Part shown: piece after piece, positions 1 through 9,319 of the stretch
Layout: each line of letters opens with the position of its first letter
Numbering within the stretch: the stretch's first letter is position 1
Origin: a virus
Taxonomy: Duplodnaviria > Caudoviricetes
Strand: one strand, 5' to 3'
IMG/VR virus record: IMGVR_UViG_3300030012_002942
Coordinates: 1-52,286 of that record
DNA length: 52,286 bases
Program-made: the position numbers and the translations under genes
The notes under the pieces: model-generated
Databases searched by the model: none
What the model saw: the letters and a program-made list of their open reading frames with translations, nothing else
What the model was told of the DNA's origin: nothing

Positions 1-1281
1 GATTGCTTGAGAGTTCGCTCTGCTGACGTAGCTTCCCTTGGTGAAGCCGCCAATCCATCATCTACAGATCATGACGTTGAGGGAGATACCCCAACAAGAG
101 CAACAACATCAGCCTTGTCTATCTCTTGGGTATTCTCATTGGATGATGTTCAGGAGCCAGTAAGCGGTGTCTACACATACGCCAGTGGTTCACGCAATGC
201 AGGCACATCAATCAGTGCTCAGGCTGGCAAGTCCTATAAGGATGTCTTGTCCGCAAATATCGATCGCTTCACAACTACCTTGCATGGCGGTTTTGATGGC
301 TATGATATCTCTGAGCGTGAGCCATTTGCAAACAAAAACTTCGGAGCATCCGAAGAGGCATCATACGAATTGTTTAGTCTTAGAAAAGCAATTAACATTG
401 CCTCAGACAAAGACTACATTCAAATGAATGCAGTCACCATCCCAGGGATCTGGAAGGCAACTGTAACAGATCTTCTTCTAGAAACTGCTGAAGATCGTGG
501 TGATGCCATTGCATTGATCGATGTTGAAAAAGCATATACACCAGATACAGAAGCTCTAGGTGACGCAGCTACTAGAAATGCTAGTAACACACCTAAGCAA
601 GCTGCTGATACACTTGCTGCCCGTAGCATCAACAATAGCTACGGTGCTACATACTATCCTTGGGTTCGTATCTTGGATACAAACACAAACCAAAACGTTT
701 GGGTACCACCAACCGTTGCTGCTTTGGGTGTTCTTTCTTCAACAGATCGCTTGAATGCTCCTTGGTTCGCTCCTGCTGGGTTCACCAGAGGTGGGTTGAG
801 CGAAGGTGCTGCTGGTTTGCCAGTCTTAGATGTTTCCAGAAGGCTTACATCTGATGATCGTGACAAGCTTTATGAGAATAACATTAACCCAATCGCTAAG
901 TTCCCTGCTGAAGGTATTGTGATCTTCGGACAGAAAACATTACAACAAACAGCTTCCGCTCTAGATCGTATCAACGTTCGACGCTTGATGATCTTCTTGA
1001 AGCGTGAGATTTCTTTCATCGCTTCCCGTCTCCTTTTCGGACCAAATGCAAAGGATACTTGGGATCGCTTCTTGGGACAAGCTGGACCAGTTCTAGAAAG
1101 TGTTCGTGCTGAGTTTGGTATTGATGACTTCCGTCTAGTTCTAGACGAAACAACAACAACACCAGATCTCATTGATCGAAACATTATTTATGCTAAGTTG
1201 CTTGTGAAGCCAACTCGCTCCGTAGAGTACTTTGCAATCGACTTTGTGGTTACAAACAGTGGGGCAGCTTTTGAGGACTAA
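1..1281 (+). CDS. Contractile tail sheath protein, C-terminal part (5' truncated by window edge)
   Basis: Frame open from base 1. Sheath C-terminal motifs YYPWV, VPPT, PWFAPAGFTRG, LYENNINPI, FGQKTLQ, LDRINVRRL. Lies directly upstream of the tube gene. Confidence 0.95.
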   Translation, partial: DCLRVRSADVASLGEAANPSSTDHDVEGDTPTRATTSALSISWVFSLDDVQEPVSGVYTYASGSRNAGTSISAQAGKSYKDVLSANIDRFTTTLHGGFDGYDISEREPFANKNFGASEEASYELFSLRKAINIASDKDYIQMNAVTIPGIWKATVTDLLLETAEDRGDAIALIDVEKAYTPDTEALGDAATRNASNTPKQAADTLAARSINNSYGATYYPWVRILDTNTNQNVWVPPTVAALGVLSSTDRLNAPWFAPAGFTRGGLSEGAAGLPVLDVSRRLTSDDRDKLYENNINPIAKFPAEGIVIFGQKTLQQTASALDRINVRRLMIFLKREISFIASRLLFGPNAKDTWDRFLGQAGPVLESVRAEFGIDDFRLVLDETTTTPDLIDRNIIYAKLLVKPTRSVEYFAIDFVVTNSGAAFED

Positions 1282-1323
1282 ATCAAAGGCAACTAAATAT
1301 ATTATCGAGGAGTAACATAAATA

Positions 1324-1890
1324 ATGTCAAGCTTATTTTGGAATGACGTAAGAACAGAACCAAAGCGTAGATTTAGGTTTGAACTTAAGTTTAGCAGCCG
1401 TACCCTAGGACAAGGTGCTATTCCAGTATGGACAATTAAGACAGCTAACAAGCCAAAGGCTAATGTTAGTACTATTGAACACCAGTATGTTGATCACACA
1501 TTCAAGTATCCAGGACGTGTTACTTGGGATCCAATTTCTATCACTTTGGTAGACCCAGTTGATCCTGACTTGTCTTATGCTTTCCTAGACGTTCTTGGCG
1601 CTGCTGGCTACAAGTTCCCAACCACAGCCTCTCGTTCGAAGTTGAGTTTGAGCAAGAAGGCTTTCGCTGAGCAGATCGGCTCTGTCTTCATCGACCAGAT
1701 CGACGAAGCTGGCGAAATCATTGAGCGCTGGGAACTCATTAACCCATTTATTACTTCCATCGATTTCGGTGGTAGCTTGGATTACACATCTGATGATATG
1801 AACGAAGTTACCGTAGAGGTCGTATACGACTGGGCAAGACTTACCCAGACCAAGGCTAACGGCAGAGATCAAACATCTGCTGCTGACTAA
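1324..1890 (+). CDS. Tail tube protein (T4 gp19-like)
   Basis: EPKRRFRF, YPGRVTWDPISITLVD, IERWELINPFITSIDFG, LDYTSD, V(V)YDWA pattern. GAGGAG RBS. Follows sheath. Confidence 0.9.
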   Translation: MSSLFWNDVRTEPKRRFRFELKFSSRTLGQGAIPVWTIKTANKPKANVSTIEHQYVDHTFKYPGRVTWDPISITLVDPVDPDLSYAFLDVLGAAGYKFPTTASRSKLSLSKKAFAEQIGSVFIDQIDEAGEIIERWELINPFITSIDFGGSLDYTSDDMNEVTVEVVYDWARLTQTKANGRDQTSAAD

Positions 1891-1916
1891 ACGGAAGAAA
1901 TAATATCGGTTACAAT
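1888..1916 (+). promoter_or_regulatory. Putative sigma70-type promoter (TAAACG-17-TACAAT)
   Basis: Spacing and -10 fit. Same TAAAC -35 variant occurs at 20256, 45110 and 50091. Confidence 0.4.
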
Positions 1917-1937
1917 ATAAAAAACGAAAGGTTATAA

Positions 1938-2822
1938 ATGAGTCGTAACGAAAATAGAACAGGGTTTCCTGAAGATTTTACTCCCCAAGACGATACACCT
2001 ACACCTGCTGTTGCTACAACAGTGGGCGCTGGTGTGCCTAACGCTCAGCCAACATTCTCTTGGTCTGTGCCAACTGAGTTTGTGACACTGCCAAGCGCAG
2101 GTCGATTCTATCCACAGGGGCACCCACTCCATAATAAAACATCTGTAGAGATCAAGTATATGACGGCAAAGGAAGAAGACATTCTTACTTCCCGTGCATT
2201 ATTAAAAGAAGGTGTCGCACTTGATAGGATGCTACAAAGCCTAGTTGTTGAAGAGGGTGTTCGTATTGATACTCTCTTGATCGGCGACAAGAACGCTCTT
2301 TTGGTGGCTGCAAGAAGAACAGGATACGGACCAGATTACCGAACATCAGTTACTTGCCCATCTTGCGGAACAACAGATGAATTTGAGTTTGATATATCAG
2401 AACCATCAGTAACTCCTTATGAGCAGAATATAGAAGATAACGCCGCTATCCTCACTGATGACGGGAACCTATTAATAACTTTACCAATGACAAATGCAGT
2501 TGTTGAGTGTAAGATGCTAACAGGTGCTGATGAGTTGAGACTCTACAAAGAGTCAGAACGTAAAGCAAAAAGAAAACAAACTACAGGCACAATGACGGAT
2601 ATGTTCAGAAGCTACATTGTTAGCGTCAATGGACAAGAATCCCCATTGGTCATTGAGTCATTCATTCAGGCACTGCCAGCAAGAGATAGTCGTGTTCTTC
2701 GAAACATCTACTCAGCTTGTGTGCCAAATATTGATATGACACAGGTGTTTGACTGCACTAACTGCGGTCATTCGGCGGACATGGAGGTTCCGCTGAATAC
2801 TGACTTTTTTTGGCCTGGATGA
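1938..2822 (+). CDS. Baseplate hub / tail assembly chaperone (T4 gp26-like)
   Basis: LPS.GRFYP, MTAKEEDIL, two CxxC pairs (CPSC, CTNC), ends FFWP. Sits between tube and tape measure. Confidence 0.8.
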   Translation: MSRNENRTGFPEDFTPQDDTPTPAVATTVGAGVPNAQPTFSWSVPTEFVTLPSAGRFYPQGHPLHNKTSVEIKYMTAKEEDILTSRALLKEGVALDRMLQSLVVEEGVRIDTLLIGDKNALLVAARRTGYGPDYRTSVTCPSCGTTDEFEFDISEPSVTPYEQNIEDNAAILTDDGNLLITLPMTNAVVECKMLTGADELRLYKESERKAKRKQTTGTMTDMFRSYIVSVNGQESPLVIESFIQALPARDSRVLRNIYSACVPNIDMTQVFDCTNCGHSADMEVPLNTDFFWPG

Positions 2823-3024
2823 TCAATACATAGAGAGTGTCTATGAACAGTTGTTCCAACTCAAGTATTATGGCGGTTGGAGCTTTTTTGAGTCGTATAA
2901 TCTCCCTGTTAGTGTCCGAGTGTGGTTTCTCAACCGCTTGGCAGAACAAAAGAAACAAGAACAGGAAGCTCAATCTGGAACCATGTCAAGTTCAACAGGC
3001 AGGGGTAGAAAGTATACTCCGTAA
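2797..3024 (+). CDS. gp51-like chaperone extension, probably expressed by frameshift from the upstream ORF (not in supplied ORF track)
   Basis: The +1 frame is open 2797-3024: FGLDDQYIESVYEQLFQLKYYGGWSFFESYNLPVSVRVWFLNRLAEQKKQE... There is no early ATG with an RBS. It overlaps the T7 run at 2805-2811. Confidence 0.75.
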   Translation: MLTFFGLDDQYIESVYEQLFQLKYYGGWSFFESYNLPVSVRVWFLNRLAEQKKQEQEAQSGTMSSSTGRGRKYTP

Positions 3025-3041
3025 AGAAATGGTTTATCAAA

Positions 3042-3048
3042 CTACTTA
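3042..3048 (+). promoter_or_regulatory. Putative late-promoter motif CTANTTA (CTACTTA)
   Basis: Recurrent intergenic motif, here upstream of 3077 and the tape measure/baseplate genes. Confidence 0.55.
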
Positions 3049-3076
3049 ATAAACGTAGTAGTGAGGGGGCTTTCCT

Positions 3077-3406
3077 GTGCAAATCGATTTTGAAAATGAT
3101 GTTCTAGATCTTACCCAGTTCCGAGGCAATCAACTTAATGAGAATATTCTCCACGTCTTTGCGGCTTGGATCGAGTATCTTTTGTCTAAGATGTTCAAGG
3201 GAAGGCGAGTTCCTGTGCGAGTTAAGGGGAACAGAATAGAAATTGAAAGATTTACTGATGCCCTAGTGAACGAGAAGAGGTACCTTGACTTTATTAAGAA
3301 GTATGGTCTAGATGACCCTATGACTTATAAGCAAAAAGCCAAACTTCAGCTTGCTATCAAAAGATTCGAAACCGAAGCCGGTATTAACTGGCCTATCAAG
3401 GGATAG
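3077..3406 (+). CDS. Hypothetical virion-associated protein
   Basis: 109-aa ORF, GTG start with GAGGGGG RBS, inside the tail operon. Confidence 0.7.
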   Translation: MQIDFENDVLDLTQFRGNQLNENILHVFAAWIEYLLSKMFKGRRVPVRVKGNRIEIERFTDALVNEKRYLDFIKKYGLDDPMTYKQKAKLQLAIKRFETEAGINWPIKG

Positions 3407-3415
3407 GGCTAGGTC

Positions 3416-5320
3416 GTGGCTGACAATCTTAAACAACAGTTAGAACAACTCAAGCAACTAACGGCTCAGTATAAGGAAGCCGAAGCAGCGCTTGAGGATC
3501 TAAAGAACCAAGAGGAGCCGGACCCAGAGGCAGTTCGCCGTAGGACTGAGGCTTTAAACAACATTAAAAGATCACTAAATGGTGTGACAGAATCCGTAAA
3601 CGAAAGTAAGAAGGCTGTCGATCAATACAACTCGGCTCTAGACAAAACAGCAAGCACCCTCGGTCAGGTCGCCCCAGGGCTGGATAAATTAACATCACTA
3701 TTCAAGAAGAATGAGGAAGGGATAATAGACGGAAAAGAAGCTGCTGACTCGTTTATTGGAGGTATGGTCTCGATGGCAGCGACCATTGAAGAAACCAATG
3801 TAGCCCTTGCAAAACAGACAGGCTTTTCTAAAGCACTACAGCAAGATGTTCTTGATCTTGCTTCAAGTCACGACGGCTTATACTTGTCAATGTCGGAAAG
3901 TAAAGAAGTTGTAGGAGCACTATCTACAGGCTTCAAGATGTACAATGCCCAAAGCAAACAGACTCGTGGAGAGATAAACACTCTTGCTGGTCGATTTAAA
4001 GTTCTTGGGGTTGATACGAGTGCCTTTGCCTCTGTTCTTGATCAGTTGAACGAGGGTTTCGGTCTAACAGGATCAGGAGCCCTTGCCGCAGCAGCAGAAC
4101 TAGAAAACCTAGCCATTAGAACAGGGTCGCCTCTTGCTTCTGTGGTTAGCGACTTCCAAGACCTTGGACCTCAGATGTCCAGGTTTGGCTCAGATGGTGT
4201 TCGAGTCTTTACAAGATTGAATGAACAAGCGAGAACCCTGGGTCTGACGACACGCCAGGCTTTTGATCTTTCGGAATTGTTTGATACCTTTGAGAGTTCT
4301 GCTGATGTTGCTGGTAAATTGAATGCGCAGCTAGGCCTACAGTTGAACTCTGTTGAGCTTATGGCAGCTTCATCTGAAGATAGACTCAAGATCCTCCGTG
4401 CAGAGTTCGATATGGAAGGTATGCGTTTTGATCAGATGTCTCGCCGCCAAAGGCAAATGGTTGCTGAGATATTACAGACAGATGTTCTGACCGCAGAGAA
4501 GCTACTCGGCGATCCAATGGCAATGCGTGAGTTCCAAAAGGAACAAGAAAATAATGCAGAGAGAGTAAAAGCCTTTACAACCGCTATGGATAAGTTCAAG
4601 GCAGTATCAGAACAGTTGTTTTTAAACCTCGAACCGCTCCTTACGGGCACAATGTCTCTTTTGAGCGGTCTCGCTGAGCTTTTCAATGATGTGATGTCCT
4701 CGCCTTTCTTTGGAGCAATCATCAGCTTTGGTGGTGCGGCTTTAGCAATCCTAGTCAAGCTTAAGGGCGCTGCCACTGTTCTGGGAACCACTGTTTCTGC
4801 TCTGGCAGCAAAGCTCGTCCCAGTCATCTCTATTGTTATGGCACTAAAAGATATACTAGGGGCTTTTGGTTATGGTACTGGCGGCGATCCTAAAGCACAA
4901 AAGTCATCTATATTTAAGTTGATCGGCGGCATTATTGGCGGTATTGCAGGCTTTGTAGTCGGCGGTCCTATGGGCGCTGCGGTTGGTTACGGACTAGGTA
5001 GTACTGCTGCTGGTATTATACCTGTAGACGATGCAATATCTGGTCCTGGCGGGATTGCTTATGCAGTGCGCCCCACATCATCTGCTCAGACAGGACCAGT
5101 TGTATCTCAAGCCGGCAGACCAACCATGGTTGGCGGTCCAAGGGACACTGTCCAGGTAAGTAGACCCGGAGGCGCTCTTGACGATATGGGGGCAAAGATT
5201 GATAGCTTATCGAAAGCAATCAAAGAACTAGCCAAGAGACCTGTTCAGGCAACTATGGAAATGAACGGGGACAAGGTTGGAGAACTAGTTTTAAATCAAA
5301 TAGATCCTGTCAGAGGTTAA
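3416..5320 (+). CDS. Tape measure protein
   Basis: Long helical/coiled-coil Ala-rich protein with hydrophobic Gly-rich segments. Canonical position after the chaperone genes. Confidence 0.8.
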   Translation: MADNLKQQLEQLKQLTAQYKEAEAALEDLKNQEEPDPEAVRRRTEALNNIKRSLNGVTESVNESKKAVDQYNSALDKTASTLGQVAPGLDKLTSLFKKNEEGIIDGKEAADSFIGGMVSMAATIEETNVALAKQTGFSKALQQDVLDLASSHDGLYLSMSESKEVVGALSTGFKMYNAQSKQTRGEINTLAGRFKVLGVDTSAFASVLDQLNEGFGLTGSGALAAAAELENLAIRTGSPLASVVSDFQDLGPQMSRFGSDGVRVFTRLNEQARTLGLTTRQAFDLSELFDTFESSADVAGKLNAQLGLQLNSVELMAASSEDRLKILRAEFDMEGMRFDQMSRRQRQMVAEILQTDVLTAEKLLGDPMAMREFQKEQENNAERVKAFTTAMDKFKAVSEQLFLNLEPLLTGTMSLLSGLAELFNDVMSSPFFGAIISFGGAALAILVKLKGAATVLGTTVSALAAKLVPVISIVMALKDILGAFGYGTGGDPKAQKSSIFKLIGGIIGGIAGFVVGGPMGAAVGYGLGSTAAGIIPVDDAISGPGGIAYAVRPTSSAQTGPVVSQAGRPTMVGGPRDTVQVSRPGGALDDMGAKIDSLSKAIKELAKRPVQATMEMNGDKVGELVLNQIDPVRG

Positions 5321-5334
5321 TGGAGAACTAACAA

Positions 5335-6264
5335 ATGGCAAAAAATGATTTTTATTCACAAGGTTCCAGAAATCAGTTCAAGCGTCGTGGTGAGGATCTA
5401 ACCATAACACATGTCCCAACAGGAGAGGGAGTTAAGTTCCCAGCTTTCTTAGACTTGTTCAGTGATAGTTTTTCTTCCCAGTGGAATGCAGAAGACGTAT
5501 ATGGACGTATGGACCCAATCGCAACATTTATGAACACACGCCGAGCCATATCTGTAGCTTGGCACGTACCCGCTGACTCTTTCGAGCACGCAGAAATAAA
5601 TGTGGCAAAAGTAAATAAACTTATGAGTTTCCTGTATCCTCTGTACGATGCGACGGGTAATGGCGGAGCAACTGTAATTAATCAGGGTCCATTAGTAAGG
5701 GTCAGTTTTGGCAATCTCATCAAAAGTTCTTCTGGAACAGGTCTACTCGGCTATGTTAACGGATTTACTTTCGACCCAGCATTAGAGTTTGGGATGTTCA
5801 GCCGTCGCAAATTATTGAGAAATGGCACTAAAGATCCACAAATCAATGAGTATTATCCTAAGACTTTTAGACTGAACTTTGAGCTTGTGGTTTTGCACGA
5901 GCACGAACTTGGCTACAAAAGACAGGGCAGCAAGTATGTCTACAATGGTACTAGGCTTGGCGTCAATGAGCAAACATTCCCATATAGAACAGGAAAAGCC
6001 GACCCTGATGCTACCGCTAAGCGAGCAGCACCAAAGCCAGCCGCAAAGAAACTAAAGAAACCCAAGATAAAAAATAAACAACCTCAAGGAACCAAATCAA
6101 CAGATGAAAAACTTCCAAAACTGGTTCCTCCTGGACCAGCTAGACCAGGTCCCGATCCTTCGACCCCAGAGCCAGCCCGACGAGACCCGAACTCAGTCAG
6201 TGCAGCAACTAATGGCTCTAGCTTCACTATTCCCGGAGGGTTTCGGGTGAGAATCATAAGGTAA
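5335..6264 (+). CDS. Baseplate / tail-tube initiator protein (gp48/gp54-like) with Pro/Lys-rich C-terminal tail
   Basis: FSDSFSSQWN..VYGRMDPI..F.NT.R and P.V...G.L tube-fold pattern. Follows the tape measure. Confidence 0.65.
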   Translation: MAKNDFYSQGSRNQFKRRGEDLTITHVPTGEGVKFPAFLDLFSDSFSSQWNAEDVYGRMDPIATFMNTRRAISVAWHVPADSFEHAEINVAKVNKLMSFLYPLYDATGNGGATVINQGPLVRVSFGNLIKSSSGTGLLGYVNGFTFDPALEFGMFSRRKLLRNGTKDPQINEYYPKTFRLNFELVVLHEHELGYKRQGSKYVYNGTRLGVNEQTFPYRTGKADPDATAKRAAPKPAAKKLKKPKIKNKQPQGTKSTDEKLPKLVPPGPARPGPDPSTPEPARRDPNSVSAATNGSSFTIPGGFRVRIIR

Positions 6265-6272
6265 GATAAACA

Positions 6273-6611
6273 ATGGCATATTCAAGATATGGGAAAACAG
6301 ATATTTTTCTAAATAAAGACAAAAACTATAAGAATGTCTTCTTTAGGCGTAGAGGTATAGAAGAAACCTTTCAATACGAGTTTCCTAGGCTATCCTACCC
6401 TACAAATGATTTTATAGCGAGCCTTTCGAATACTCCAGAAGTATGGAGAGCGACAGATAAGCTTTATAATGTAGCGAACGAAGCATATGGATCCCCAGAA
6501 TATTGGTGGGTTATTGCTTGGTACAATAAAAAAGCCTCAGAAGCTGAGTTCAAGGTTGGAGAGATTTACTATATTCCGCAGCCACTTGCTGATGTGCTAG
6601 GGTTCTTCTAA
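6273..6611 (+). CDS. Baseplate wedge protein, LysM/gp53-like
   Basis: DKL.NVA...YG.PEYWWVIAWYN...G....IP is the LysM-like baseplate pattern. Confidence 0.75.
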   Translation: MAYSRYGKTDIFLNKDKNYKNVFFRRRGIEETFQYEFPRLSYPTNDFIASLSNTPEVWRATDKLYNVANEAYGSPEYWWVIAWYNKKASEAEFKVGEIYYIPQPLADVLGFF

Positions 6612-9319
6612 TGTCTTGGAAAGAGACCTCCGTTGGTAAGTTTTTAGGCTTAGATCAAGCCTCTCGTGAGCGCCGCCGCCAAGAAGTGGATACGGCTATT
6701 AGAGAAACTACAGGTTTTTCTGATTATAGTAGTTTTAAAGAGTCTGGATTCGCTGCTAGTCCCACACAAAAAGCTATCAACCTTACGGGACAAGAAATCT
6801 TATTAAAAAACCTTAAGACAATTCACACATCTGTTTCGCCAATATTCAAACAGGCAAATACAGACCTGTCTTCAGAGAATGAAAAAGCTGCGCTAGAGAG
6901 AAATAAGTATGTTTTACCTTGTGTAGAGATGGCTCCAGAAAGCATCATCTCAAGGTTGACCGATCCAACAAATATGAAGCCTTTTCATAATGCAACCCCT
7001 GCACAGTTGGGAACTCTCCAGCCCACATTGAGATTTTTTATTGTAAGCAATAAGGAGGATGATAACGCTGAAGTCAATAACTCAGGGTCAAACAAGAAAA
7101 GGAAGCAAGAAGAAGTATATTTCAGTGATTTTACTAGGGTTGATCAAATAATTAAGCTCGCCAACGCCCGTGCTAGTAAAAGTATTGATAAGACACTCAG
7201 AAGAGGTGGATCAGAGGCTGGCATTAGATCTTTTAACTGGAAATATCACAATAAGCATGAGGGTGACAAGATCATCCAAGCCGATCTAGAATTATATTTC
7301 GGCACATTATCAGAACTCGTTAATCTTAATTACTTGAGTTTTTTATTTACTAATGGCAGAAAATCTTCCATCGCTCCGAGTATTAAGAAATCTGGAAAAC
7401 AGTATAGCAAAAAAGAAAGGCTAAATAATCTAAAAGAAGAAAACGAAAAGATGCTAAAGACCCTGTTGCCAGGGACAGAAGGGCACAATGATGTCAATGA
7501 TAAAGTTACCAATGATTTTCGTCAGCTAAAAGTAGTTGTTGGGTGGGCAGTTCCTCAAGGGTCACCAGCAAATCTAGCTAGACTTTATGGACCGAACTGG
7601 AAAAAGTTTTTACAATCAGTAAAAGCAACACAAAGAGTTATTCTCTTAAATCTTACAGATTACGATGTGAACTTTTCACAAGAGGGTCCAACAACATTAA
7701 AGTTAGAATATGTAGGGTCATCAGATAATTTCTTAGCCTCCCCAGAATCTGATATCCTAGGGCAAAATAACTTTACCAAGGGTAACCTAAATCAACAGCA
7801 GGTCTTTATATCAATCGAAGGTATCGATAAGAATAAGACCTTTAAAGATGGGTATCTTCGTTTTCAAATGGACAGGTTCACAGTTGAAGAGCAAAAAATC
7901 GTCCCAGTCCGAACAGACAGACTAAACAGAGAACATGAATATCTAGCCAGCAGAAAGGAATACCTCCAGATAAGCACTGATGGATCAAGACCTAAAAAAT
8001 CTCAACAAAAAGAACTAGAAGAGATTAATTCGCAAATGGATCTTGTTGAATCTGCTTATAAAAAAGCAAAAAAAGCTCTACGTGTCAAAAGATATGCTTC
8101 TTTGATCAATAATCTTATTGGCGGGACAGGCAATGCAAGCAGGGTCTATATGTCTAATGTGGCAAGAGATTCAATGGGCAATATTGTATTTCATCCAGGA
8201 GAAAAAACAACCTCTGGTCAGTCCGGGGCTGATTTTTCCGCAAGGTTGAATAAATTAGCAAAACTGCCAGAAGAAGAGCGTAAAGAGTTTCTTAAGAGCA
8301 ACTCTTTATCTCCTGAATATACTTTTAAGCGTGGCTCTGTGAGTATTGAAGATGATCAGGGAAACAATAGACAGTTCTTAAGTGTTCCTTTTGTTTCTAT
8401 GGGCGATATTATATTAGCAGCAATGGAAAATGCTGATATGCGGGATGACATCAAATTTATTCTGGGGACGTACTGTCCAAAAAAACTAGGAATTCCTGGG
8501 TTTGAGAATGATAGTACAAACTATCCCTTGTATGATCTGCCAATCGCACTCGATTATCTTTCACAGTTTATCTATGATAACATAATCTCCAGGGAGATTG
8601 ATGAATACCCATTCCGTCAATTTATTGATCATTTGCTGTCAACCGTCGCAAAGCTATTAAATAATCTATCTTCTTATCGCTTCCGCATAAGTTTTGATTA
8701 TACTCTCTATATGACAGATAATGAGATAAAAACAATAGGTGAGAAGGATTCTAAAGAAGGAAAGACCGGAAAAGGTAAAGATTTTCTTTTAGATCGTAAA
8801 CGCCTAAATGACATAAGGCCCAACCTAAAGAATGAGGTGCTTATTAAAAACAGGAAAGTAAACAGTTACTATGTTATTTTCGCTAGACAAACAAACGAAG
8901 AATATAATGGGGATAGGCGAGAAGATGAAAAGCGAGGAATCTATCATTATACTCTGGGTGCTGACAGGGGTATAGCTAAAAACTTCAACTTTGCTAAGCA
9001 GGATGTTCCACAGTTTAAGGCTTTAAATATTGAAGCAATATATTCTGGACCTAATGCCGCAAACTTTGCACAAGCGTTAATACTGCCGCAAAATGTTTCT
9101 ATTGAAATGTTTGGCAACTCTATACATAAAAATGGAGACTTGATTTATGTAGACAGTAGAGCAGCCTTGGGTGAGTTTGCAAATCAAATTCTTGCCCTTG
9201 GAGGATACTATAGAGTCGTCAGGTCATCAAATTCGATCTCCAATAGAGGTTTCACAACAACAGTCGATGCAGTGTTCCAGCATAGGACAAATAGCAAACT
9301 AAGCACTTTGGGGAACTAA
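6611..9319 (+). CDS. Large baseplate hub protein (gp27/gpD/VgrG-like C-terminus)
   Basis: C-terminal SIEMFGN...GD.IYVD...GGYYRVVRSSNSI...GFTT.V pattern typical of hub proteins. Position in the tail module. Confidence 0.6.
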   Translation: MSWKETSVGKFLGLDQASRERRRQEVDTAIRETTGFSDYSSFKESGFAASPTQKAINLTGQEILLKNLKTIHTSVSPIFKQANTDLSSENEKAALERNKYVLPCVEMAPESIISRLTDPTNMKPFHNATPAQLGTLQPTLRFFIVSNKEDDNAEVNNSGSNKKRKQEEVYFSDFTRVDQIIKLANARASKSIDKTLRRGGSEAGIRSFNWKYHNKHEGDKIIQADLELYFGTLSELVNLNYLSFLFTNGRKSSIAPSIKKSGKQYSKKERLNNLKEENEKMLKTLLPGTEGHNDVNDKVTNDFRQLKVVVGWAVPQGSPANLARLYGPNWKKFLQSVKATQRVILLNLTDYDVNFSQEGPTTLKLEYVGSSDNFLASPESDILGQNNFTKGNLNQQQVFISIEGIDKNKTFKDGYLRFQMDRFTVEEQKIVPVRTDRLNREHEYLASRKEYLQISTDGSRPKKSQQKELEEINSQMDLVESAYKKAKKALRVKRYASLINNLIGGTGNASRVYMSNVARDSMGNIVFHPGEKTTSGQSGADFSARLNKLAKLPEEERKEFLKSNSLSPEYTFKRGSVSIEDDQGNNRQFLSVPFVSMGDIILAAMENADMRDDIKFILGTYCPKKLGIPGFENDSTNYPLYDLPIALDYLSQFIYDNIISREIDEYPFRQFIDHLLSTVAKLLNNLSSYRFRISFDYTLYMTDNEIKTIGEKDSKEGKTGKGKDFLLDRKRLNDIRPNLKNEVLIKNRKVNSYYVIFARQTNEEYNGDRREDEKRGIYHYTLGADRGIAKNFNFAKQDVPQFKALNIEAIYSGPNAANFAQALILPQNVSIEMFGNSIHKNGDLIYVDSRAALGEFANQILALGGYYRVVRSSNSISNRGFTTTVDAVFQHRTNSKLSTLGN

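Noticed and set aside
2837-3049. 70-aa ORF in the supplied track after the chaperone
   Set aside because: Wrong frame. The overlapping frame 2797-3024 gives the gp51-like sequence.
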